DNA of 64,000 nt from a virus. Lineage: Duplodnaviria > Heunggongvirae > Uroviricota > Caudoviricetes. Of this stretch, positions 57,201 to 64,000 are shown one piece after another. How positions within the stretch are numbered: position 1 is the stretch's first letter; each line of letters begins with the position of its first letter. A program made the position numbers and the translations under genes. The stretch covers positions 160,001 through 224,000 of IMG/VR virus record IMGVR_UViG_3300025015_000009; one strand, 5' to 3'. The notes beneath the pieces are model-generated. The model was not told the origin of the DNA. It did not search any database and worked only from the letters and a program-made list of their open reading frames with translations.

Positions 57201-60200
57201 AACAAGTATTACTTCTGGGTAAAGAACAAGGAGACAGTGTCGCCGAGCAAAGCAAAGTCGATAGTTAATGTAACACAGTACTTAACAAATCCGAGAGGTG
57301 CCGGGATTCCGTATGCAGCGTTTGTTGCAAGCAATTCTGTAGCACTATACGGAGTGACTAACTTGTTGGCCGACTCAGATATTATCTTGCACATAGAGTA
57401 CTCGAAGTTTGTGAATTCTGAAAAAATCCCAGTACACTCTGAGTACGAATTTATTCAAGAAGGGAATCCGGATTTTGTATTTCCTGAGAAGTTTGTTAAT
57501 AAAGTGTTTGATAGTCTAATAGGATTTGATCGCCTTGGCCGTCTTGTTCCTGACCCCACTATACTCGAAACTCAGCGATACGGCTTGGGCATTCGACCGA
57601 CACAAACAATTTTTAAAGATCGATTTGCAGCCAGCAAAGTAGTTGTTTCGTTTGTTAATGCCACGTGCTTGTTGTATCCGATCGCAATCCAAACTGATAT
57701 AAGTGCGCTGTACCAAGCAAGCCCGTTGCCAGCAGAAACCGAGTACGACCTGAAGGTAATGAACAACGAAGAACTATCGTACGTTGATCTATTAAAGCAT
57801 CCTGATGGAACACGGATATTAATTGTTGTTGATTCTAACCACGGGAACCAATGGGCAATATCAACGTTAACCGATCATTCTACGCTGTCGTTGCTACGGA
57901 AACAGATATACAATACAACTGATTACTGGTCATTAGTTGACTGGTATGCACCTGGATATGACCCAACAACAAAGTTTACATATACTGTTGAGTCTGAGAA
58001 GAACGTAGATATGTTACAGTTGGTACCCGAGGATGTAATCTTCGTTAAGAACAGTAACAAAGGCGGGTTCTTAATATACAAGATAGATAGCAACTTAACT
58101 AAAACGTTAGTTGGTATCCAAAACGGAACAATTCAACTGTCTAGTGCGTTATACACTGTTGGCGTAACTGGTGTTGGGTTTGATACTAGCTTATGGAGTC
58201 AAGAGAACTACGACCCGAATAATGCGTCTCAGTATAGAATTATACTGGAAACACTTAGAGACAGTATCTTTACTAAGAGCTTACAGAAACACCAGCATGA
58301 AATGTTATTCGAGTTAGTGTACTATGTTATGTATGAACAAAAAGACATAGACTGGTTGTTTAAGTCGAGTTTCGTGTCGGTTGTGCATAAACTTAGAAAA
58401 CTAGACCAGTACCCTAGTTTTACACACGATAACCAAGACTATTATTTGCAGTATATAAACGAAGTTAAACCGTATAGAACTAAAGTCAGAGAGTACCTAG
58501 TTAACTATTCGGGGTTAGATTACTTCCGCAGCGGATTAACTGACTTTGATTTGCCTCCGTACTACGATACAGACGTTGATGTCTTCAGAAGCCCGTCGGG
58601 AGAATTAGTTAAAGATGCTACGTTGCTAACAACTCGACCAGACTTTGCGGCCTGGAATGCAAATCATGCATACAAGGTAGACAGCATTGCTATTGTATCT
58701 ACTGTTCCTGGATTTGAAGTGCCGCCTACAGTGGTAGTGTCTGGTGGCGGCGGATCAGGTTGTACGTGTACTGCCGTTATTAACTTCTACACCGGAGACC
58801 TCATCGAGGTTATAGTTGATAATCCAGGGTCGGGATACACCTCAACTCCGACTGTTACGGTAAACGGTGCAGGTGGATCAGCGGTGTTGTATGCAATTCT
58901 ATCCAATCGGATGGTACGAACAATAAACGAGACCGTTTCGTTTGATAGGTGTTCATACGAATCTACACTGATCGAGTGGAAACCATATAGACCAGCAGCT
59001 GGTGCCGTTCCGGCTGAAGAGCACACATATTATGTAGGTGACAAGGTTTACTATAACAATGTTGTGTATGAGGCACTAGAAACAGTAGTTAATGCTACAA
59101 CCTTTAGTATAAGCAAGTACAAACAAGTTGATGCTGCAACACTAAACATAAATGACAAAATCGTTGCATACTATGAACCAGTTGCTCCGTCGAATCCAAA
59201 ACAACTAGATAAACTGTTAACTGGTATTTCGTACACAGGAGTTGAGGTTACCGGATTGCCGTTCTCTGAGGGCGCCGACACCGGAGTTGATTCGCCGCTA
59301 ACAGATTACAAGGTTACGTATGTTGGTATTGCCCGTGAAGGCGACACCAGAATGATGACAGAGTCAGGCAACATTGTTATGGTTACACCTGCTAGTGTGC
59401 TGTTCGGAAGAAACAGACTAATTGCAGCAACAGGTGAGTTCGTAGTTACTTTTTCTCGTGCTAAGTTGAAAGAAGAGCTGATAGCGGTGCCAAGTTCGTT
59501 TATTGCAACAGGGAACAAAGCAACGTTTGTAATTGGGCGCGAGATTCTAATAGCAAATGGAACTGTTATGTCGCAAGAATCAGACATAATCGGTGTAGCA
59601 GGCGCGACAGCCTCGGTGATTACACACAATGCAAGAGAGCGATATTTAGTTGTTCGGTTACTGACAGGACTCTTACATTCGGGTATTAGCCAACCATTGG
59701 TCGATACGAACAATGTTATTACTGTTGGTACATTGGCCACCACAGTGGAAAGAGTAACAACAAAGGTTGATTCGGTTATATCAAGCAAGTTCACTGATCT
59801 AGTGGATATAGACTTGACATACGAAGGCTCGAACGCTGGCCCTAATTACGTCGTAGGAAGCGAAGTAGTTCAATTAGGCAGCAATGCAGTTGGTGTTGTG
59901 TTCTCGCATAACTCCGTTGACTCTGTGGTTGGGCTGCGAATAAGAACAGGGACATTTGTGTCTGGAGTAGGAAACTACATAACTGACGGAGTCACTACTG
60001 TAGGCACAACCTCTATCACAGTAACTAACAGTGACTATTCTAACTTAGAGTTGGTGCTTGACGACGACATTGTTGTTGACGGTGGGGGATTTATTGACGT
60101 ACATCACAGTCATGCTCCTGAAGAATTACTTCCAGGGCAAACGTTTGATTCATTGGCTATCTCGGTATTCACACGGATACCGGCCGGAACGTTTATGGGG

Positions 60201-61625
60201 TATAGATTGTTTAAAGACCTTAACGGAAACATGTCATTTAAGAGAATATCGGCGTCTAACACAACGTCACTGAGTGCCGATTTACTGGTAACAGATAAGG
60301 TTATACACGTGACTGATGCTTCAAGGTTACCCGAGCCTGACGCGGCTAAAGGTATACCTGGAGAGTTGTACATAGATGGTGAGTTAATTGTGTATTACGA
60401 AAGAGATGTTGTTAATAATACTTTAAGTAGAATTAGACGCCATGTGGGTGGAACAGGGTCACCGTTGATACACGCGGCAAGCACGAAAGTGACTGATTCG
60501 AGTGTACATCAATCTATTCCTGGGGCAATAGGATTAGACGGAACACACAGAATCTGGTTGGAACTGTCCCACGTTGGGACAGACTTAGTAACTGGTGCTG
60601 GACTTGCCGCAGCAAGCACATATTCAGCACAGTTTATTCGTAACGAGTTAGCATATGATCCAGGTGGTTACGTAGTAACTAATACTGCATTTGACCTGAC
60701 AGGAACAGTTGCTGTTCCAGCAAGAGGATACAGGGCAATTTCGACATCCGCATCGTTTGTACTTGACGGCACCTGGAATAACCTACGTAATTTACTAGTA
60801 GCAACAGAGTCGGCCGCATTTGACTTAACTGGAACAGCATTGGCTATTACTGAATTTAGCGATGTTATTGCAACCCCAGGAGACTTTGCTGTTGCCGCAT
60901 CTAATATCGAGTTCAGGTACTTTAACCTGGTATCAGATTCGATGCCAGTTAGTGTTGTTGGAACAAATGTTGGTATAACAACTGTTCGACTTAACACAAC
61001 AGACAGCGGCGTGTACACGTTAATCGGAACTGCTATAGGTGCCACAGAGCAGAGCGATATCATTGCAATATCGAGCGAATTCGCCGTAATTGGCGCCGAC
61101 GTTGTACTACGTCAGTTTAAAGAAGTAACAGTTGGCGGAACATATACCTTGGTTGGAGCAAATGTTGGTACTGTCTTGTATAGAGAAACAACCGAGTCTG
61201 GTAGCATTGCAATTACAGGAACGCAGATTGTTATAGCAGTTGGGCATGTAGAAACTGCCGAAAATGCTGACATGTATGTAATCGGAACAGACGTCGGTTA
61301 CAGCAGACTATACTCAAATACTGCAATTAGTGCTGAGATGATAACAACAGGAACAGATGTTCCTCTACGATACTTTAGTCTAAGAGGTGATCCAGAGGTT
61401 CACAACCTAATAGGAGCAGAAATTGAGTACAGGTACTTTAATACCAACGCACTGACTTCGCCGTTTGTGGTAACCGGGAACAATGCACCGATTAACATAT
61501 TACAAGTAGCAGACTCGGCAAACTATGCAATAAGCGGAAATCTAGTACCGATTAGTAGAACGATGGTAACTGCACCGCTTGAGATTGCAGTTATATTCTC
61601 TTCAGTGTTTTTTATAAATGGGTAA
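48216..61625 (+). CDS. Giant multidomain baseplate/virion protein (gp7-like position) with FG-GAP-type propeller repeats and C-terminal fibre-like repeats
   Basis: 4469-aa uninterrupted ORF after gp6. Repeated FG.SV.IS....VVGAP motifs, GSGYTSTPTV motif, ~21-aa repeats at the C-terminus, TAAATA at 48185-48190. Confidence 0.8.
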   Translation: MAFKTIDFLPDIFKSEANKKFLGATLDQVVSQPEFTKVNGYIGRKLAPTYKSSDNYLLEDTKDRANYQLEPGLVISDNNNNIYSFTSYTDLIGKISFYGGIVNDHSRLFSSNYYSYGDIFDLDKLVNFSQYYWMPNGPPIIDIFASGTTLVDTFNITHASNNLYVNNKIGSPNTNIVVARGGNYTFTVDPDVNGKLWIQTNSSPTGIIYNYPNQSSRQVYGITNNGAPYGEITFSVPNVTDQQFYENLADAGVVDYATSVPFVDINNHLLSTFNEKWIGFDGVTTALHGKHLIFVNHNDLYDKNDLWKSYSLYDNGVYEDLTFADEQESVLFSNRGNIWRISLVPINNGADYVIRLTQLDVFEPRTKLSVLNGQQNAGKAFYKDSSGYIAEVPLITAPLSSLYYVYSDNDTLISGKIIIVAPDLTEIDVERDILGQSNYTSPNDVAFSNGMRIRFSSTVIPASYENEIFYVEQVGKGIRLINEKSLFVTESLTDRDVGTVPLDIFSFDADLYDEAYNSAKIPDFITINRSSIDGNSWSRSNRWIHKNVIEQAARFNNESPILDQDFRALRPIIEFDPDILLFNHGREIKGQVDILDLTTVTDAFNSMSGAITFNHFGITLKTGTRIIFAADVDPAVRNKIYTVHLVVDDNLTKIQLIPDADVLLPYHSIVPMQGVNKGKTYWYNGTIWIESQRKTATNQAPRFDILDNQGMSFGNDAVYPGTTFNGNTLFGYAKATTTLRDPVLGFAIKYKNISNIGDLEFTNYFDVGTFDYFTTLVRSDKRTARTSTGNINKITNRATLRNSSMWEIVAEKSKQHQIFTYAYTQYSKFQVDIRPNSLVSHVDLRVYVNSVLLPSALYVFNDTNENMMFVDVNYDFIEGDKIDILIHSREVSSTAYYEVPRNLDLNSKNSAFDSLTLGQLRNHLTTVATVTTGFLGDKLGANNLRDLHYSISGGDILLQQSPVIYSQLFLLDPVLNFVDSVEHAQKEYAKFKYKFLDAALSLQMESIPSPVQAVDMLLTELNIIKNNSFPWYYSDMLPYESSFATTLSYVILNSEITDYEMSAEFDKNKLSNKSVLVYYNGVQLIHERDYIFREGFPILRLLVETQVDDTLQIVEYSNTDGCYVPETPTKLGVFPRFVPEIRLDDTFSVPQRVIIGHDGSVTIAFNDYRDDLLLELEKRIYNNLKVTYNTDFFNIASVVPGKFRTTDYSKTEFDKILSRLFLKWVGNNRIDFSTNSYFTGTDPWSWNHSGNTDKITDEFLPGFWRGIYHYFYDTDTPHITPWEMLGLTVKPDWWETQYGPAPYTGGNLVMWRDLEKGLIVDGPAAGIVPEFARPGLLRVIPVDENGRLKPPSEFIMKSYDPTNFSTNFVFGDRGPVEAAWRRSSDYPFALQIALALAKPAQYMGNCLNISNFTYNARLGQLLTARREVLSPSVIEINGEIVNGVVTRNAGYLNWIVDWTKLLGIDGPLKVRTVLDKVDVRLGYKLAGFTDHRYLEVYAEQSSPTSLRESIVVPNESYKIYLHKSPPVIKATYSAVIVEKSSNGYSVKGYDVMHPYFTILPSIINSRNNKISVINEVGTIYSEFEDREVDFPYGTEFTTKQQVVDFLTSYQRYLQKNGFVFETWNPDLECLKDWTLSVKEFLTWSQQGWNTNDLIVLSPFAEQLTFKSGNYFVDEVKNQNNRSKVLDQNFMPIKAANFSIVRDDDVFTLTAPNQTIAYAELHLVQFEHAIVFDNETLFKDVIYKPESGNRQFRLKLVGSKTSNWTGRLSPGGFIYNDAYVPSWQPSTDYKKGELVEHKSVYYVSPVNIIAQDQFDFTQWQYVDKKTLKSGLLQNFSLHAQKFEEFYDIDTIGLSESVNVFAKGVIGFRPRQYLSDLGLDSTTQLKFYQGFIRDKGTVSSLEAMKSATFNNLANEVTVYEEWALRMGDYGGVDHNQFFEIALDKGKYSTDPVTLELLNDTDTEQSLVIGVKKKHLYKQPTVFNKNFVQTRSRESVLENDLLTAGYVNIDDIDITIFDLTNYIELNSKLATLGSGTKIWIAKDFTRNWNVFRVNETENQAISIKYIDDLTATVTTEYPHGLVVGEVFAFKGLAATVDSFYRVEKINSIYDVTVLFLMDIAELKNAGVTGETGVPTGEVVGRAILYRLSSLRYAYLSDITDTTLLHNWKTIDKVWVDNADSSGNWGVLKKNEPFVTVDSLLPTNHSGEDNFGSCVCADKDAKEYYAVGQPVTNNFAGIVSIYGKDIFGQTVLMQQLSPINPDTLGFGYSIDISKQYVVIGAPASSNNIGHVYVFRKDVGASLVFTQLLTISDADARFGTSVTISNDNQWIYVGAPGINKVFCYSSRYIKSDAHYIQTVDSVVNYTLDEVYHPESVTLYNSVNNLVLPSEYSIVGDQLVFLNNPSTSQFRLDSGPYYELNSTLTESVSPGSQFGTAVKTTDDGSQLVVGAPYSTEVIDGTQYTTAGSAYLYSRTVSEFVANGVDNAFTVLTGNVDSVLVDNERYNVNSQYTVTGNVVSLNSAATVNSIVRVDLRDITLIKKLLPSVTAVNATFGMSVDMSNNGSVIVVGAPYYTESTYHSGMVTRFVNIGLEYGIVTATATPSISIGQSLFINNNEVISTGITLATFVTDINDAAIPGVTASTADGHLSITVTGVRTTASIMPGYGSLFSDFAFDLVKETQRLLHPGRDHGNTQQFGMLVKYDNTSRSLAISSQFASLTTKATIDSGTTLFDNRMTEFYDSVTHSGVVYTYELLVDSRRTSTHPDRYCFIQELVDPGIKPYDRFGHGLSFVNNTVIVGSPGSDDPAPFDAENDNHSIRTDIGKVYFFKNENNTPGWEKFRSQAVKVDISCINRAFIYSKKTNEIIANLDFIDPVKGKLLGVVNEDIDFRTTTDPARYNVGTDVSLAINSSYRWGAEQVGKVWWDLSSVRFVEYEQGSLLYRTVNWGRMFPGSVVSVYEWIESDVTPEEHVAQLRHGTPKYPSNEGYAVSHYVDKTTDLIKNKYYFWVKNKETVSPSKAKSIVNVTQYLTNPRGAGIPYAAFVASNSVALYGVTNLLADSDIILHIEYSKFVNSEKIPVHSEYEFIQEGNPDFVFPEKFVNKVFDSLIGFDRLGRLVPDPTILETQRYGLGIRPTQTIFKDRFAASKVVVSFVNATCLLYPIAIQTDISALYQASPLPAETEYDLKVMNNEELSYVDLLKHPDGTRILIVVDSNHGNQWAISTLTDHSTLSLLRKQIYNTTDYWSLVDWYAPGYDPTTKFTYTVESEKNVDMLQLVPEDVIFVKNSNKGGFLIYKIDSNLTKTLVGIQNGTIQLSSALYTVGVTGVGFDTSLWSQENYDPNNASQYRIILETLRDSIFTKSLQKHQHEMLFELVYYVMYEQKDIDWLFKSSFVSVVHKLRKLDQYPSFTHDNQDYYLQYINEVKPYRTKVREYLVNYSGLDYFRSGLTDFDLPPYYDTDVDVFRSPSGELVKDATLLTTRPDFAAWNANHAYKVDSIAIVSTVPGFEVPPTVVVSGGGGSGCTCTAVINFYTGDLIEVIVDNPGSGYTSTPTVTVNGAGGSAVLYAILSNRMVRTINETVSFDRCSYESTLIEWKPYRPAAGAVPAEEHTYYVGDKVYYNNVVYEALETVVNATTFSISKYKQVDAATLNINDKIVAYYEPVAPSNPKQLDKLLTGISYTGVEVTGLPFSEGADTGVDSPLTDYKVTYVGIAREGDTRMMTESGNIVMVTPASVLFGRNRLIAATGEFVVTFSRAKLKEELIAVPSSFIATGNKATFVIGREILIANGTVMSQESDIIGVAGATASVITHNARERYLVVRLLTGLLHSGISQPLVDTNNVITVGTLATTVERVTTKVDSVISSKFTDLVDIDLTYEGSNAGPNYVVGSEVVQLGSNAVGVVFSHNSVDSVVGLRIRTGTFVSGVGNYITDGVTTVGTTSITVTNSDYSNLELVLDDDIVVDGGGFIDVHHSHAPEELLPGQTFDSLAISVFTRIPAGTFMGYRLFKDLNGNMSFKRISASNTTSLSADLLVTDKVIHVTDASRLPEPDAAKGIPGELYIDGELIVYYERDVVNNTLSRIRRHVGGTGSPLIHAASTKVTDSSVHQSIPGAIGLDGTHRIWLELSHVGTDLVTGAGLAAASTYSAQFIRNELAYDPGGYVVTNTAFDLTGTVAVPARGYRAISTSASFVLDGTWNNLRNLLVATESAAFDLTGTALAITEFSDVIATPGDFAVAASNIEFRYFNLVSDSMPVSVVGTNVGITTVRLNTTDSGVYTLIGTAIGATEQSDIIAISSEFAVIGADVVLRQFKEVTVGGTYTLVGANVGTVLYRETTESGSIAITGTQIVIAVGHVETAENADMYVIGTDVGYSRLYSNTAISAEMITTGTDVPLRYFSLRGDPEVHNLIGAEIEYRYFNTNALTSPFVVTGNNAPINILQVADSANYAISGNLVPISRTMVTAPLEIAVIFSSVFFING

Positions 61626-61654
61626 CAGCGTAAAAATATGAACAATACTGAAGT

Positions 61655-61662
61655 GATAAATA
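61655..61662 (+). promoter_or_regulatory. Late promoter (GATAAATA)
   Basis: The motif ends 5 nt before the ATG at 61668. Confidence 0.6.
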
Positions 61663-61667
61663 ATACT

Positions 61668-61802
61668 ATGAACAAAGAGTTACCACAACCGGCGGAACAG
61701 CCGCCCAAGAAACCGAATGAAGATTCGGGGTTCTATATTCATGCAATGGTTAAAATATCTGATCCCGAATCAGGTGAAGTGTTTATCGAGAAGAGGGCGT
61801 AA
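61668..61802 (+). CDS. 44-aa microprotein (below the ORF track cut-off)
   Basis: MNKELPQPAEQPPKKPNEDSGFYIHAMVKISDPESGEVFIEKRA*. Its C-half resembles the N-terminus of the next gene. An in-frame upstream ATG exists at 61638. Confidence 0.7.
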   Translation: MNKELPQPAEQPPKKPNEDSGFYIHAMVKISDPESGEVFIEKRA

Positions 61803-61805
61803 TTA

Positions 61806-62417
61806 ATGCAAGCAACTGCTAATTTGAACATCGAAGGTTTCTTAAAGATATTTGATCCAGTTACAAAAGAGATATTAGTAGACAAAAGAAATGCGATTCA
61901 CTACGAAAATATAAGTGAAGCAATGGCGTATTCTCTGGGACACAAAGATACCCAGTACATAACAGAGTTACACCTGGGCAACGGTGGTACAAGCGTCGAC
62001 CCAACAGGAGTGATTACATACTTGCCTACAAACACAAACAGTCAAAACTCTGACCTGTATAACCCAACGTATTACAAAATTGTTGACAATACGAATGTTG
62101 CTAACACTGATGCATTGCGTAATAAAGTTGAAGTTCGCCATATTCCAGGTGAACTGTTCACGGATATCTTAATTACGTGTTTGCTTGATTACGGTGAACC
62201 CCGAGATCAAGCAGCATTTGACAATAGCCAGAATTTAGATAGTTCGTATGTGTTTGACGAGCTAGGAATCAAAGGATGGTCTCCGTTAGGAGAAGGCAAA
62301 GGAAAGCTATTAACTCATGTAGTATTCCACCCGTTCCAGAAGGCGTTAAATCGTCTAATAGAAATTGAGTACACAATTCGAATACAGTCTGTAACGAATC
62401 TGACCAGTCGACTTTAA
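61806..62417 (+). CDS. Baseplate / fibre-attachment structural protein
   Basis: KRNAIHYEN, GNGGT.VD..G.ITY, CLLDYGEP, FDELG, LLTHV.FHP.QK.LNR.I.I.YT.R. It lies upstream of the fibre genes. Confidence 0.65.
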   Translation: MQATANLNIEGFLKIFDPVTKEILVDKRNAIHYENISEAMAYSLGHKDTQYITELHLGNGGTSVDPTGVITYLPTNTNSQNSDLYNPTYYKIVDNTNVANTDALRNKVEVRHIPGELFTDILITCLLDYGEPRDQAAFDNSQNLDSSYVFDELGIKGWSPLGEGKGKLLTHVVFHPFQKALNRLIEIEYTIRIQSVTNLTSRL

Positions 62418-62427
62418 TAAGCGATTG

Positions 62428-62435
62428 GATAAATA
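62428..62435 (+). promoter_or_regulatory. Late promoter (GATAAATA)
   Basis: Motif upstream of a GGAG RBS and the ATG at 62458. Confidence 0.6.
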
Positions 62436-62457
62436 ATATAAATTGGAGTTATAAACG

Positions 62458-63948
62458 ATGGCATACAACATTAATCTGACAAACGGAGCAACACTTGTTA
62501 CGTTAGCAGACGGGACAACAGACACGACTTACTCGAGCTTAACACTCATCGGTAAGAACTTCGCTGGTTACGGTGAGTTCTTAAACGAAAACTTCGTTAA
62601 GCTTCTTGAAAATTTCGCTCATAGCACAGCACCGTCGAATCCGATGGCAGGCCAACTGTGGTGGGATAGTTCAACTGGCGTAAAAACAATGAAGGTTTAC
62701 ACCGGATCTGTGTGGAAGTCAGTTGGCGGGTCAACTGCTTCGTCAGCAGCTCCAACAACACCGTTGCTAGGTGATACCTGGTGGGACACTGTATCCGGGC
62801 AACTTAAGGTATGGGATGGTTCAGCCTGGGTTATTGTTGGCCCAGCATTTACTGCGGCCCAAGGACAATCTGGTGCAATTGCAGAGGCAATTGTTGACAA
62901 TAATAACAACAGCCATGTTATCGTTAAGTTCTATGTATCAAACGTTGTAGTAGCGGTACTAAGTAAAGATGCTGCATTTACGTTAGGCGGCTCGACTTTA
63001 TCTGGCTTTACTACTATTAACCCTGGCTTCACTTTATCAGCAAATAGCAATTACTTATACAATGGAGATTCATACAACTCACTACGATTAGGTGGTGTGC
63101 TTGCATCAGAGTACATGCGACTTACTGTTGCGAGTACGTTAACCCAAAAGTTAACAGTTAATACAGACGACGGAATTTCAATTGGTAATCCGAGTAACGT
63201 CGATATTAATATTGTTGCTGGTGATTTGATCATCAAGAATAGAGCAGCAAACAAGAACATTGTACTCAGTGTAATGAGCCAAGGTGTTCAAACTGAAGTC
63301 TTTAAGATAGACGGGACAACAGGAAAGGCACTTGTGTATTCTGACCCATCTACAAACTTTGGAATTGCAACTAAGCAGTATGTAGATAATTCGATCAGTG
63401 GCCCAAGCGCACTTGCATTAGCACGTGGCGGGTCAAATACAATAACAGGTGTTATTTTACCAGACGGAAATAATACCCGGAACTTTGGATCATCAGCAGC
63501 GAGGTATGCAACAGTTTACGCAACGACATTCAACGGAGTGTCGACCTCAGCACAATACGCGGACTTGGCTGAACGTTTTGCCGCTGACAAAGAATATTCT
63601 CCAGGTACAGTTGTTGAACTAGGTGGAGCAGAAGAAATCACCGCCGTCAATGATGCACTCAGTGAAAGAGTGTTTGGTGTTATTAGTACAAAAGCTGCAT
63701 ATCTAATGAATGCAGGTGCTGGTTCTGATCGTACTCATCCAGCGGTTGCAGTACAAGGTCGTGTGCCAGTAAATGTAGTTGGTAAAGTAACAAAAGGTGA
63801 CAGACTGGTAAGTGCCGGGAATGGATTAGCGAAGGCCGCGTGTTCAGCTGCTGACATCACACCGTTTAACGTAATTGGGCGAGCACTAGAAGATAAAACA
63901 ACCAATGGTGAAGGCACAGTAGAAGCAGTTGTACGGTTAAATTCATAA
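62458..63948 (+). CDS. Tail fibre protein with C-terminal intramolecular-chaperone/autocleavage-type domain
   Basis: L.GKN.AGYG..LNENF..LLENFA, GQLWWD repeats, ATKQYVD, C-terminal YADLAE...GTVV..GG..EI...GVIST...GRVPV.V.G...KGD.LV. Confidence 0.8.
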   Translation: MAYNINLTNGATLVTLADGTTDTTYSSLTLIGKNFAGYGEFLNENFVKLLENFAHSTAPSNPMAGQLWWDSSTGVKTMKVYTGSVWKSVGGSTASSAAPTTPLLGDTWWDTVSGQLKVWDGSAWVIVGPAFTAAQGQSGAIAEAIVDNNNNSHVIVKFYVSNVVVAVLSKDAAFTLGGSTLSGFTTINPGFTLSANSNYLYNGDSYNSLRLGGVLASEYMRLTVASTLTQKLTVNTDDGISIGNPSNVDINIVAGDLIIKNRAANKNIVLSVMSQGVQTEVFKIDGTTGKALVYSDPSTNFGIATKQYVDNSISGPSALALARGGSNTITGVILPDGNNTRNFGSSAARYATVYATTFNGVSTSAQYADLAERFAADKEYSPGTVVELGGAEEITAVNDALSERVFGVISTKAAYLMNAGAGSDRTHPAVAVQGRVPVNVVGKVTKGDRLVSAGNGLAKAACSAADITPFNVIGRALEDKTTNGEGTVEAVVRLNS

Positions 63949-63958
63949 GGTTTAAGTA

Positions 63959-64000
63959 ATGACATACTCAGCTGGAAGCACGATTGTTGCAACAGATTAT
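63959..64000 (+). CDS. Start of next fibre/structural gene (truncated by the window end)
   Basis: ATG with AAGG RBS, reading MTYSAGSTIVATDY... Confidence 0.55.
   Translation, partial: MTYSAGSTIVATDY

Noticed and set aside
1-64000. Stop-codon recoding, as found in some jumbo phages
   Set aside because: Core genes are full length in the standard code, and TAA, TAG and TGA are all used as real stops.
1-64000. tRNA genes, CRISPR arrays, reverse transcriptase/DGR or integrase
   Set aside because: No cloverleaf, repeat-spacer array, RT motif or recombinase was seen by eye. A tRNAscan/CRISPR scan would confirm this.

Overview
This window is part of the genome of a large, divergent T4-superfamily (jumbo-type) myovirus using the standard bacterial genetic code. 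It covers most of the virion morphogenesis region: tail sheath, neck and tail-terminator genes, the head module (portal, prohead protease, scaffold, major capsid), a tape measure carrying a lytic-transglycosylase domain, and a baseplate/fibre operon with a 4469-aa protein. It also holds dNMP kinase, a NUDIX hydrolase, the gp46/gp47 recombination nuclease and a gp55-like late sigma factor. T4-type late promoter motifs (TAAATA core) precede most structural units. Four selfish endonuclease genes and one intein are present. The most notable observations are: (1) two tandem gp26-like genes both end in the same slippery sequence CAAATTTTTTCG, with homologous -1-frame extensions, suggesting a lambda G/GT-like programmed frameshift; (2) a ~600-nt ORF-free, heavily base-paired region at 32420-33013 looks like a large structured ncRNA; (3) an intein with a degenerate endonuclease sits inside the late sigma factor, next to a free-standing endonuclease; (4) several late genes appear to be leaderless; (5) a ~21-22-aa fibre-like repeat is shared by two distant structural proteins. 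All assignments come from motif recognition and gene context; no database searches were run.
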